Shown: positions 11,061 to 20,919 of the stretch, one piece after another | Layout: every line of letters starts with the position of its first letter | Position numbering within the stretch: position 1 is the stretch's first letter | Assembly: GCA_963731005.1 (NCBI GenBank) | Contig: CAVSTZ010000001.1 | Coordinates: 1,585,776 to 1,649,775 of the forward strand | DNA length: 64,000 nucleotides | Reading direction: 5' to 3' | From: an uncultured Conexibacteraceae bacterium | Lineage (GTDB): Bacteria; Actinomycetota; Thermoleophilia; Solirubrobacterales; Solirubrobacteraceae | The notes under the pieces: model-generated | Told to the model about the DNA's origin: nothing | The model's database searches: none | What the model saw: the letters and a program-made list of their open reading frames with translations, nothing else | Program-made: the position numbers and the translations under genes

Positions 11061-12194
11061 GCGACCTCGCGCGAGCGCCTCGAGGGCAAGCGCGTCGTGC
11101 ATCTGCGCCGGCTCCGGCGGCGTCGGCAAGACGACGACGTCGGCGGCGATCGCGCTCGGGCTGGCGGCGCGCGGGCGCGCGGGTCGCGCGTCGTGACGAT
11201 CGACCCCGCGCGGCGGCTGGCCGACGCGCTCGGGCTCGAGCGAGCTCGGCAACGAGCCGCGGCGCGTCGACGCCGAGCGCTTCGCCGGCCACGGCATCGA
11301 GATCGCGCGGCGAGCTGTGGGCGATGATGCTCGACCCGAAGCGCGACGTTCGACGAGCTGATCGAGCGGCTGGCGCCCGACGACGCGCACGCGCGACGAG
11401 ATCCTCGCCAACCGCATCTACCAGCGAGCTGTCGAGCGCGGTCGCCGGGCTCGCAGGAGTTCACGGCGGTCGCCAAGCTCTACGACCTCGACCGCGTCGG
11501 GCCGCTTCGACGTGCTCGTGCTCGACACGCCGCCGTCGCGCAACGCGCTGGACTTCCTCGACGCGCCCGACCGCCTGACCGGCTTCTTCGAGGGCCGCGC
11601 GCTGCGGCTGTTCCTGCGCGCCGACGGGGCTGGCGGCGCAGGTCATGGGCCGCGGGACGAGCGTCGTCTTCTCGGTGCTGCGAGCGCGTGACCGGCGTCG
11701 ACCTGCTGGACGACCTGCGCGTCTTCTTCCGCGCGCTGGCGGGCTGATCGACGGCTTCCGCGAGCGCGCGGCCGGCGTCAAGGCGCTGCTGCGCCGACCC
11801 GCGCGACGACGTTCCTGATCGTCACCTCGCCCGAGCGCGAGCCGGTCGAGGAGGCGATCTTCTTCCGCGGCAAGCTGCGCGAGGCGGGCATGCCGTTCGG
11901 CGGCCTGATCGTCAACCGCGTGCACCCGCTGGCGCCGGACGGCGACGACGAGGTCGACGAGGCGGCGCTCGCCGCGCGAGCTGGGCGGCGACGCGGCGCT
12001 GGCGCGCAAGGTCGCGCGCGACGCTGCGGCGAGCTCCGCGTGCTCGCCGCACCGCGACGCGCGCGCCGATCGCGCGGCTGCGGCGCCGAGCTCGGCGACG
12101 ACGACCCGATCGTCGTCCCGCACCTCGACGGCGACGTCCACGACGTCGACGGGCTGGTCGCCGTGCACCGGCATCTGTTCGCGGAGGGTGCTGA
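11057..12194 (+). CDS. ArsA/Get3-like ATPase, subunit 2 (Rv3680/BagB-like); frameshifted, end approximate
   Basis: [59 protein letters not shown] overlap with the previous gene. Confidence 0.87.
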
Positions 12195-12225
12195 GCGAAG
12201 CATGTTGCTGGAGCGAGGCGGCGTT

Positions 12226-13080
12226 TTGAGCGATGGGCCGCCGCTCGCGGTCATCGCGTGGCCGTTCGAGCACGGCTCGCCCGACATCGGGATGGGCGCC
12301 GGCGCGGCGCTGCTGGCCGGCGACGCGGCGCTGCACGGTGCGCTGAGCGGCCGCCGGCTGGGCGCCGACCGTCCAGCGGATCCTGGCGGCCGACCCGTCG
12401 ACCGGCGAGGTCACGCGGATCTTCGACCTGCTCCGCGCCCAGGAGGCGGCGGTCGCGGGCGGCGCTGGCCCGCGGCGCGTTCCCGCTGGTGCTGGCCGGC
12501 GGCTGCATCAGCGCGACGGGCACGGTGGCGGGCTGCGGCGCCGCACGGCGCGGTCTGGCTCGACGCGCACGCCGACTTCGACACGCCCGACGACAACATC
12601 AGCGGCTCGATGGACGTCATGGCGCTGTCGATCCTGAGCGGCTCGGCCTGGCCCGCCCAGCACGCGACGATCCCCAACGCCGTGGCGATCGCCGAGCAGC
12701 GCGTCGCCCTGCTCGGCGTCCGCGACCTCGCCGACTACCAGCGCGACCGCCTCGCGGCGCTGCGCGCTGCGCACGGCGCCCGGCGCCTTCGACGCCTGGG
12801 CGGCGACCACGGCGATCAGCGCGCTCCCGCAGCGTCTCTACCTGCACGTCGACCTCGACGTGCTCGACATCTCCGTCGGCCACGCCAACCGCTCGCCGCG
12901 CCCGGCGGCCCATCGCTGGAGACCGTCCTGGCCGCGATCGACGCCACGTTCGACCACGCGACCGTCCTCGCCGCGGCGCTCACCGCCTACGAGCCGGCCG
13001 TCGACGAAGACGGCAGGATCCTCGCCGCCGCGCGCACGATCGCGCGGCGGATCGCCGAGCGCGCCCGCGCCCAGCGCTGA
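12226..13080 (+). CDS. Arginase/ureohydrolase family protein; frameshifted
   Basis: FPLVLAGGC, metal-binding motifs WLDAHADFDTP and YLHVDLDVLD, PGGPSLE, LTAYEP. Confidence 0.82.
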   Translation: MSDGPPLAVIAWPFEHGSPDIGMGAGAALLAGDAALHGALSGRRLGADRPADPGGRPVDRRGHADLRPAPRPGGGGRGRRWPAARSRWCWPAAASARRARWRAAAPHGAVWLDAHADFDTPDDNISGSMDVMALSILSGSAWPAQHATIPNAVAIAEQRVALLGVRDLADYQRDRLAALRAAHGARRLRRLGGDHGDQRAPAASLPARRPRRARHLRRPRQPLAAPGGPSLETVLAAIDATFDHATVLAAALTAYEPAVDEDGRILAAARTIARRIAERARAQR

Positions 13081-13091
13081 GGCGATCGCCG

Positions 13092-14353
13092 CTAGACGAC
13101 CGTCCGCTGGCGGTGGTCCTCTTCGGCCAGCATCTCGTCGGCGACCGCGCGCAGGTCGGAGTCGAGATGGCCGCAGAGGACGTCGCGCAGCAGCGCGCGC
13201 AGCCAGCCGGTGAGCTCGTCGACGAGCGTTGACGAGCGCGTGATCCTCGGGCGCGACGCCCGGCGACGACGGAGCGCTCCAGCGGCGACGAGGTGCGCGA
13301 TGCGCTCGGTCACCTGCGCGCGGGACTCGGGCAGCGCGCAGAGCGCGGCGACGCGACCGGCCAGGCGGCCGGTCTGCGGGCCCTCGGGCTCCAGCAGCGC
13401 GCGCAGCGCGAGCAGGATGTCGGTCAGCGCCTCGGAGGGCCGCGGGCGGTCGCTGGCCAGCTCGAAGCGGCGCAGCGCCCACGCCAGCTCGCCGCTGCGC
13501 GGCGTGCGGCGGCCGATCAGCGACAAGAACGCGCGCAGCTCGTCCTCCTGCTGGGCGGGGATCACGCAGACGCCGCGCGGCTCGGCGCCGGCGGCGATCG
13601 CGAAGGGCTACCAGGCGCTGCCGCCGGTGCGGGTCCAGGCGGTGCGGGCGAGCACGATGCCCGCCGCGTCGTAGAGCCGCAGGGCGGTCAGCAGGCGGCG
13701 CAGCCGGACCTGCGCGTGGCGCAGCGGCGCCTCGTCGCCGGGCGCGGCCTCCCACGTCAGGCGGGCGAGCACGACCTGATGGCCGTCCTCACGCTCGCGA
13801 CGGGCGTCGGCGGGCGCGCCCTCGCAGGCGTCGGCGCGCACGAGCGTCAGGCCGTCGCCGAGGACGATCTCGTCGGACATCAGCGCGAGGCCCAGCATCG
13901 GCGCGACGACCTCGGTCAGCGCGCGCCCGTCCATGACGAGCCCTTCGAGCTCCTCGTAGGCGCGCTCCAGCCGCTCGCGCGAGAGCACGAAGTCGCTCGG
14001 CCTCCTCGAAGACGCGCGTCAGGAAGAGACGCAGCGCGGCTCGGCGCGCTCGCGTGGCTGGGCGGGGAACTGCGACTCGCCGCGCGCGACAGGTAGGCGT
14101 CGAGCCCACCGCACGCCGCCAGCGCGTGGACCGCGGGGGCGTAGGAGGGCAGGCGCCCGAGGATCGAGAGGCGCTCGTCGATGAAGCTCGCGGTCAGCGG
14201 CCGGTAGCAGTACAGCGGCGCCTCGCGGCGGCTGCCTCCGAGCTCGACGACCTCGAACGGGACCTCGGCGCCGTCGGCCGTGTCGGAGGCGAGCTGGAAG
14301 GCGGCCTCCTCGGCGAAGGCGGCAAGCGCGGCGTGCAGCTGGCGGTTGCGCAT
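13092..14353 (-). CDS. Hypothetical protein with a possible C-terminal ApeA/HEPN-like helical region; frameshifted
   Basis: Three ORF fragments join: MRNRQLHAALAAF..LYCYRPLT..; ..ELAWALRRFELA..EALTDILLALRALLE..RLAGRVAALC. Confidence 0.7.
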
Positions 14354-14516
14354 GCCGGTCGGGTTCGTGCCGCGCGGCCGCTGTCCTGCGTGGTGCAGGA
14401 CGCCTTGCAGCCCGTCCGAGCGCCGTGCGCCGCCTGCAGCTTCGCGCGCCGAGGCCGTGCATAGCCGCGTTCAGCTCAGGAACGGCAAGGGGCGACGCCG
14501 AAGACCGGTGCAGCTG

Positions 14517-15113
14517 ATGTCCCGCCGTACCGCCGCCGCGTTCGTCCTCGCCACCCTCCTCGTGGTCTTGCCCGCGCGCGCCCAGGCGTCGACGACGGGC
14601 GGGACGTCCTACCCGACAGGCCCACCCCGCGGGACCGTGGCCCAGGCACCGATCGCGAGCTCCGCCGCCCCGGCGAGCACCGCGGCCCCCGGCACGACGG
14701 TCACCCCCGCCGCGACGGTCGGCACCGACGGCCTCGCCGTCGCCCCCGCCGGCGCGCCCGCGCCGGTCGTCGCCCTGATCGCCGCCGGCAACGCGATCGC
14801 CGCTTTGCCCTACAAGTACGGCGGCGGCCACCAGTCCTTCGACGACAGCGCCTACGACTGCTCGGGCTCGGTCTCCTTCGCGCTGCACGGCGCCGGCCTG
14901 CTCGACACGACGCTCGACTCCACCGGCCTCGCCCGCTGGGGCCAGGCGGGTCCTGGGGCGTGGATCACGATCTACGCCAACAAGGTCCACACCTACCTCG
15001 TCGTCGCGGGCCTGCGCTTCGACACCAGCGGCCAGAAGCAGGCCGGCACCCGCTGGCAGGCCGCACCGCGCAGCAGCCGCACCTTCAAGGTGCGCCATCC
15101 CCTCGGCCTGTAA
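14517..15113 (+). CDS. Secreted NlpC/P60-like peptidoglycan endopeptidase
   Basis: Signal peptide; LPYKYGGGH..YDCSGSVSFAL (catalytic Cys) and WITIYAN..HTYL (His). Confidence 0.8.
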   Translation: MSRRTAAAFVLATLLVVLPARAQASTTGGTSYPTGPPRGTVAQAPIASSAAPASTAAPGTTVTPAATVGTDGLAVAPAGAPAPVVALIAAGNAIAALPYKYGGGHQSFDDSAYDCSGSVSFALHGAGLLDTTLDSTGLARWGQAGPGAWITIYANKVHTYLVVAGLRFDTSGQKQAGTRWQAAPRSSRTFKVRHPLGL

Positions 15114-15119
15114 AGCGGC

Positions 15120-16865
15120 TCAGACGCCGGCGGCGCTGCCGCCGGTGACCGCTGACGCCTTGCGGACCGCACGCACGTAGAGCGCCGCGGCCGAGGCCTT
15201 CGCGGCGCCGCTGCCGGTCCGAGGCGTGAGGCGGTAGAGGCCGGGACGCTTGAGCGCGACCGCCGCCGTGAACTGCGCACGGCGCGGACGGATCGTCGTC
15301 GTGGCGACCTTGCGCCACTTGCCGTCGCTGCCCTGCTTCTCGACGGTCACGACGACCGGCGCCAGGGGCCGGACCGTGCCGGAGACCGCCAGCGAGCGTC
15401 CGGCCTTGATGCGCGTCGTCCGCGCCTTGGCCGACAGTGCCGGCGTGCAGCCGACCTGGACGCCCTCGGTGGCCGCCGCGGTCGCGCCGGTCACCGCCGC
15501 CCGCGCACGCACTCGCCCCGCCGCCCGCCACGGCACCGACGCGGTCCACGCGCCGTCGTCGCCGGACTGCGTCCGCGCGACCGTCACCCACCCGCTCGTG
15601 CCCTGCTTCTGGACGAGCACGCGCTGGCCGGCGATCGGGCTGCCGTCGCCGCGCTTCAGCGCGCCGGTCAGCGCGAGCGCCTCGCCGTAGACGACCGATG
15701 TCGCGCCGGGCGGATCCATCGTCAGCCCGACCACGCCGACCGGCGCCGCCGGCGCGATCGCCGCGGCACGCGTGCGCAGCGCGGGCAGCTGGGCGTAGAG
15801 CGCGGTCGCCCGGGCATTCGGTCGCGTCGCCGTCGCGGTGGCCGCAGATGCGCTCGCAGCGTCACCGGCGTGCCCGACTTGTAGCGGTTGAGCTCGCCGC
15901 CGCCCGAGGTCAGGACGATCTGCCCGGTCACCGGCGCGCCGTGCAGCGGCAGCTTCCAGGCGATCAGGCGGGCGAGCGCGTCGAGCGCGGCGTCGCTCTG
16001 CCCGACGTCGGTGAACGTGCCGATGTTGGCGATGCCGGTCGAGTGGCTGTTGTAGCCCTGGGCCTGGGCGCCGATGACCGCCTGGTCGATCCCGCCCGCG
16101 CGGCCCTCGAAGATCTGGCCGTACTTGTCGACGACGAAGTTGTAGCCCAAGTCGTTCCACCCGTTGGTGTCGCGGTGGTACTTGGCCATCGCCAGCACGA
16201 TCCCGGCGGAGTCCTGCGGGCGCGTAGTCGTTGGCCGACACCGTGTGATGGACGAAGGCGACCTGCACGTCGCCGTAGCTCGGCGCGGCGCGCGGCTTGA
16301 CGCGCGTCGCCACCCCACGCGGCGCGCGGGATGATCGCCGGCTGCGCGCCCGGCCTGCGCGGCGTGCGCCACGGCCGCAGACGCGGACGCCCGCGCGCCG
16401 CGGCGCTTGGCGGCCGCCGGCACGGTGACGAAGTGCAGCTGCAGCGCGCCGCGCGGCCGCCGCGCCGCGCGCAGCTGCAGCTCGTCGGCGCCGCCCGCCC
16501 ACACCGGATCCGACGCGTGCGCGCCGGTCCCGGTGTCCGGGCGATGATGGTGGCCGTCGCCGAGCGGGACCCACGGGCTCCACGCCCGTCCCCGCGGGCG
16601 CACCCGTACCTCCAGGCCGAGGCCCGCGCGGCCCTCGCCGCGCGCGCCGAGCAGGTCGAAGCGCGCCGGCGCGCGCAGCACCGCGGAGCGCCCACGCGCG
16701 TCGAAGTCACCGGGCGCGACGGCCAGCCCGAAGGAGCGCGGAGCGCGCAACGCCACGCGCCCACGCCGTCGGTACGGCGCGGGCGAGCACGGAGGACAGA
16801 CCGGCGGCGGCACCCAGCGTCAGGGCACGCCGCCGCGTGAGCGACGGAGCGTCCAAGCGGCTCAC
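15120..16865 (-). CDS. Tat-exported N-acetylmuramoyl-L-alanine amidase (Amidase_2/PGRP-like) with a basic C-terminal domain; frameshifted
   Basis: Tat-like SLTRRRALTLG, AIIPRAAWG, AFVHHTV, GWNDLGYNFVVDKYGQIFEGRAGG, GHRD..TECPG. Confidence 0.88.
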
Positions 16866-16870
16866 AGTAG

Positions 16871-17084
16871 CCACCGCGCCTCGCGAGACCTGCAGGCTTC
16901 CGTGCTGCACGGCGCGGTGGACCATCGCAGCAGGAACCCGACGGGCTCACGGATGTTGCGAATGAGACCGCAAGTTCCCGGACACAGGGGCGTTACAGCC
17001 TGTGATCTTCCCGACACAGGACGTAGGGGTACACGCCTGGTAGGGGCAACAAAGTGGGCGGCGGGCGAACAGCCCGTCGCCCAC
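16871..17084. ncRNA. Candidate structured non-coding RNA or regulatory element (serial hairpins), family unidentified
   Basis: Gap with reduced GC containing several stems: CCACCGCGCC/GGCGCGGTGG, TTGCG/CGCAA, CACAGG/CCTGTG, CAGG.CGT/ACGCCTG, then a terminator-like stem. Confidence 0.35.
17054..17084. terminator. Strong hairpin, probably the terminator of the HxlR gene (read on the - strand it is followed by TTTGTT)
   Basis: 13-bp stem GTGGGCGGCGGGC / GCCCGTCGCCCAC, flanked by AACAAA. Confidence 0.7.
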
Positions 17085-17091
17085 GCTCTCG

Positions 17092-17454
17092 CTAGGCCAT
17101 CGCAGCGGCGACGACGACGGGTGCGTCGTCAACTGCACCGCACTCGCCGCCGAGCCAGCGCGCGCCGTAGGAGCGCATGTCCTCGATGATCGGCAGCAGC
17201 GCCTCGCCCTTCGCCGTCAGCGCGTACTCGACGCGCGGCGGAACCTCGCCGAAGGTCTGGCGCTCGACGATGCCCTCGTCCTCCAGCGCGCGCAGGCGCA
17301 GCGACAGCGTGCGCGGCGAGATGCCGGCCAGCGACCGCTCCAGCTCGCAGAAGCGCGAGTGCCCCTCCGCGAGATCGCGGATCAGCAACAACGTCCACTT
17401 CCCGCAGATGATGTCCGCCGTCTGGCAGACCGGACATGTGGGATCTACGGGCAT
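17092..17454 (-). CDS. HxlR family winged-helix transcriptional regulator
   Basis: CPV..TADIICGKWTLLLIRDL..RFCELERSLAGISPRTLSLRLRALE..PPRVEYALT. Confidence 0.93.
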   Translation of the reverse strand: MPVDPTCPVCQTADIICGKWTLLLIRDLAEGHSRFCELERSLAGISPRTLSLRLRALEDEGIVERQTFGEVPPRVEYALTAKGEALLPIIEDMRSYGARWLGGECGAVDDAPVVVAAAMA

Positions 17455-17512
17455 GCGCCCATAACTATACCGAGTGAAGTAGCCCTGCCGGGACGGCGAA
17501 CCGCCCGATCGG

Positions 17513-18695
17513 CTAGCGCAGGACCGAGCCCTGCTGGGGCTCGCCGCGCTGGTCCTCGGCCTGCGTGAGGTCGTCCATCGTGGTGCCCTTGCGACCGTCG
17601 GCGGCGACCAGCAGCTTGAAGTCGTGCGGCGAGGACGCGAACTGCATCGCCTCGTCCATCGTGATCCGCCCGGCCTTGAGGTGATGGAAGCAGCGCCTGG
17701 TCGAAGGTCTGCATGCCGTAGTAGCCGCCGTCGGCGATGACCTCGGGCAGGCGGCCCGTCTGCTGCGGGTCCATGATCATGTCCTTGACGCGGCCGGTCA
17801 TGCGCAGCACCTCGCAGACGGCGACGCGGCCCTTGCCGTCAGACGTCGGCACCAGGCGCTGGGAGACCGCGCCCTTCAGCGTGCCGGCGATCATCGCGCG
17901 CACCTGGTTGTGCATGTGGGGCGGGAAGAACTCGATCAGGCGGTTGACGGTCTCCGACGGCGTCCACGGTGTGGACGGTCGAGAAGCACGAGGTGGCCGG
18001 TCTCCGCCGCGCTCAGCGCGGTCTGGACGGTCTCCTCGTCGCGCATCTCGCCGATCAGGATCACGTCGGGGTCCTGGCGCAGGACGCGGCGCAGGGCGCT
18101 CTTGAAGTTCTGGGTGTCCATGCCGACCTCGCGCTGGTTGATCACCGAGCGCTTGTCGACGTGCAGGAACTCGATCGGGTCCTCGATCGTCACGACGTGG
18201 CGGGCCTTGGTCGAGTTGATGTGGTCGATCATCGCCGCGAGCGTCGTCGACTTGCCCGAGCCGGTCGTGCCGGTCAGCAGGACGATGCCGCGCTCCTCCT
18301 CGGCGAGGTCGCGGATGACCGGCGGGAGGTCGAGCTCCTCGATCGTCTTGATGCCGTAGGGGATCGCGCGCATGACGATGCGAGACCGAGCCGCGCTGGC
18401 GGAAGGCGTTGACGCGGAAGCGCGCGAGGCCGGCGACGGCGTAGGCGAAGTCGACCTCGCCGTCGCTGTCGAACTCGTCGAGCTTGACGGCGTCGTCGCC
18501 CAGCATCATGCCGGACGGCGCCGTCGGTGTCCTCGCGCGCGACAGCGGCTCGGCGCCGGGGATCGGCACGAGATCGCCGTCGACGCGACACAGCGGCTGC
18601 GACGGGACCTTGAGGTGCAGGTCGGAGCCGTTCAGCTCGATGAGCCGCGCCAGGGCACGGTGAAGATCGAAGGACACGCCCGGGTGATCGGTCAT
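17513..18695 (-). CDS. pilT: PilT/PilU type IV pilus retraction ATPase; frameshifted
   Basis: GSDLHLKV, RFRVNAFRQRG, Walker A GTTGSGKST, TIEDPIE, LRQDPDVILIGEMRD, GMQTFDQAL. Confidence 0.92.
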
Positions 18696-18757
18696 CCCTC
18701 GATTGGGTGAAGGCGTGTTGCGTGGCTCTGGACAGGTCTTCGAGCGGACCCAGATCG

Positions 18758-18787
18758 CGGAAGGCCCCGCTGTGGCGGGGCCTTCCG
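18758..18787 (-). terminator. Hairpin terminator downstream of rpoD
   Basis: 13-bp perfect stem CGGAAGGCCCCGC / GCGGGGCCTTCCG. Confidence 0.75.
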
Positions 18788-18818
18788 TTCAGACAGTGTG
18801 TTCGGGCGCGGGGTCGCG

Positions 18819-19922
18819 TTAGGCGACGTCGCGGAGCTTCTGGGCCTCCGCGAGGGACTGCAGCTTCTTGAGCGACTGGTTCTCGATCTGGCGGATGCGC
18901 TCGCGCGTCACGTTGAACGTGCGGCCGACCTCGTCCAGCGTGCGCGGGTGCTCGCCGCCGAGGCCGTAGCGCAGCTCGAGCACGCGACGCTCGCGGTAGG
19001 AGAGGTTCTCCAGCGCCTCGCGCAGCGCCTCCTTGGTGAGGATCTCGGCGGCGCGCTCGTACGGGGACTCGGCGCGCTCGTCGGCGATGAACTGGCCGAA
19101 CTCCGACTCCTCCTCGTCGCCGACCGGCTTCTCCAGCGAGACCGGGGCCTGCGCGGAGCGCTTGATCGAGTCGACCTCCTCGGGATCGATGCCGGTGACG
19201 TCGGCGATCTCCTCCGCGGTGGGCTCACGACCCAGCTCGGTGACGAGCTTGCGCTCGGCGCGGCCGATCTTGTTGAGCTTCTCGACGACGTGCACCGGGA
19301 TGCGGATCGTGCGGGCCTTGTCGGCCAGGGCGCGCGCGATCGCCTGGCGGATCCACCAGGTCGCGTACGTCGAGAACTTGAAGCCCTTGCGGTAGTCGAA
19401 CTTCTCGGCGGCGCGGACCAGGCCGAGCGTCCCCTCCTGGATCAGGTCCAGGAACGGCAGGCCCTGGTTGCGGTAGTTCTTGGCGATCGAGACGACCAGG
19501 CGCAGGTTGGACTCGACCATCTTCTGCTTGGCGTCGAGGTCGCCGCGCTCGATGCGCTTGGCGAGATCGACCTCCTCCTGGGCGGTGAGCAGCCGGACCT
19601 TGCCGATGTCCTTCAGGAACAGCTGAAGGCTGTCGGTGGTCATGTCCGGACGGAGGTCCAGCGCCTTGGTCGACTTGCGCCGCGTGCGCTTGTCGGGCGC
19701 GCGCTCGACCTCGTTGGCGGCCGTCGACGCGGGGTCGATCTCCTCGACGAGCTCGATCTCGCTCTTCTCGAAGAAGCCGTGCAGGTCCTCGACGTCTGAC
19801 TCGTCCAGATCCAACTCGGAGACGGCCGTGGCGATCTCGGCGAACGTCAAGACGCCGGTGACCTGCCCGCGCGCCAGAAGGCCCTTGATCTCCTCGAGTT
19901 CCTGCAGTTCAACTACTGACAT
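18819..19922 (-). CDS. rpoD: RNA polymerase sigma factor RpoD/SigA (group 1/2 sigma-70)
   Basis: Intact ORF with a region 1.1-like N-terminus, [55 protein letters not shown]. Confidence 0.93.
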   Translation of the reverse strand: MSVVELQELEEIKGLLARGQVTGVLTFAEIATAVSELDLDESDVEDLHGFFEKSEIELVEEIDPASTAANEVERAPDKRTRRKSTKALDLRPDMTTDSLQLFLKDIGKVRLLTAQEEVDLAKRIERGDLDAKQKMVESNLRLVVSIAKNYRNQGLPFLDLIQEGTLGLVRAAEKFDYRKGFKFSTYATWWIRQAIARALADKARTIRIPVHVVEKLNKIGRAERKLVTELGREPTAEEIADVTGIDPEEVDSIKRSAQAPVSLEKPVGDEEESEFGQFIADERAESPYERAAEILTKEALREALENLSYRERRVLELRYGLGGEHPRTLDEVGRTFNVTRERIRQIENQSLKKLQSLAEAQKLRDVA

Positions 19923-20052
19923 CGACGTCCGTTCAAGTTCACCGGCGTGGCGTCGCCGGCAGGGGGTTATCGGGGTACGGAGGACGGTTCAGGAATCAGC
20001 CGGGCGTCAGCAATAGCGACGCTACTGTCCGAACATAAGCTCCAGGGTAGTC

Positions 20053-20095
20053 GCTGATTTCGGTCACAGCAACGCTGTGTGATCGCCGTCACACA
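20053..20095. promoter_or_regulatory. Tandem CRP/GlxR-type sites upstream of rpoD
   Basis: Perfect TGTGA-tcgccg-TCACA at 20078-20093 (extended TGTGTGA..TCACACA) and GCTGA-tttcgg-TCACA at 20053-20068. Confidence 0.7.
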
Positions 20096-20304
20096 TTCGC
20101 GGGACAGTGCGGACGCTCCGACGGAGTTCTCAAGGCAACTACGCGCCAGGTCCTCGTTTGTTTCCAGGTTTGGGTGCTCGGCATTGAGCATCGGCTGCGC
20201 GCGCCGCCTCCTGAACTCTCGCCGGCGACTTCTCAAACGCGCAACGAGCGCGGAACTTGCCCGTTGCGTGCCGGTCCGGACGCCGGCATGGGAGCATTCG
20301 GTCC

Positions 20305-20841
20305 ATGAGCCCCGCGGATCGCGACGTCCTGACGAGCCTGCCCCGCGCCCGGCCGACGCGACGCAGCGCCAAGCGCGCGAGCACGGCCGCGGCCGAGCCG
20401 GCCGCCAACGGCGCGCGGCCGGCCACGAAGGCGGCGGCGAAGAAGGCGTCGCCGGCCAAGGCCGCGGCGACGCCGAAGGCGGCGGCCAAGGACTCCGCAA
20501 AGCCCAAGGCCACGGCGAAGAAGCCCGCCAAGAGCGCGGCGGCGAGCGCCAAGCCGAAGGCCAAGGCGGCCGCGAAGCCGCGGGCCGCGGCAAAGCCCAA
20601 GGCCGCCGCGGCCAGGCCCAAGGTGGCGGCCGCCACCGAGCAGGCAGTGCCGCCGTCGGCCACCTCCTCCTCCCCGCCCCCACCGCCCGCGGGCTGGGCG
20701 TCGCCCGGGTCCTCCTCGGGCCAGGGCGGCGGCGATCTGCTCGCCACCACCGTGCAGGCCGTCGGCGAACTCGCCCAGATCGGCCTGACCTTCGGCGGCC
20801 AGGCGCTCAAGCAGGCGCTGCAGCGCCTGCCCAAGCCCTGA
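20305..20841 (+). CDS. Lys/Ala/Pro-rich histone-H1-like protein with an amphipathic C-terminal helix
   Basis: LPRARPTRRSAKR, repeated AAKK/AKPK/AAAK, ending DLLATTVQAVGELAQIGLTFGGQALKQALQRLPKP. Confidence 0.75.
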   Translation: MSPADRDVLTSLPRARPTRRSAKRASTAAAEPAANGARPATKAAAKKASPAKAAATPKAAAKDSAKPKATAKKPAKSAAASAKPKAKAAAKPRAAAKPKAAAARPKVAAATEQAVPPSATSSSPPPPPAGWASPGSSSGQGGGDLLATTVQAVGELAQIGLTFGGQALKQALQRLPKP

Positions 20842-20919
20842 CCGTCATGCACCGCGACGGGTGGGCCCGTCCGACGCGACATGATCGCGCGCAACAGGCC
20901 CACCCCCGTCGGGGTGCCG

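Noticed and set aside
10112-12194. Arsenic resistance operon
   Set aside because: No arsR, arsB, arsC or arsD; the pair matches the Get3/BagAB-like type.
11890-13080. ArsA-arginase fusion suggested by the ORF track
   Set aside because: The ATPase homology ends near 12190, where an out-of-frame TGA lies in an indel-rich block. Read-through is probably an artefact.
16902-17189. Small ORFs across the amidase-HxlR gap
   Set aside because: Codon usage is atypical (low GC3) and they run through a terminator into HxlR. A non-coding interpretation is preferred.
18798-19799. 333-aa ORF antisense to rpoD
   Set aside because: Shadow frame of a GC3-biased gene with no recognisable motifs.
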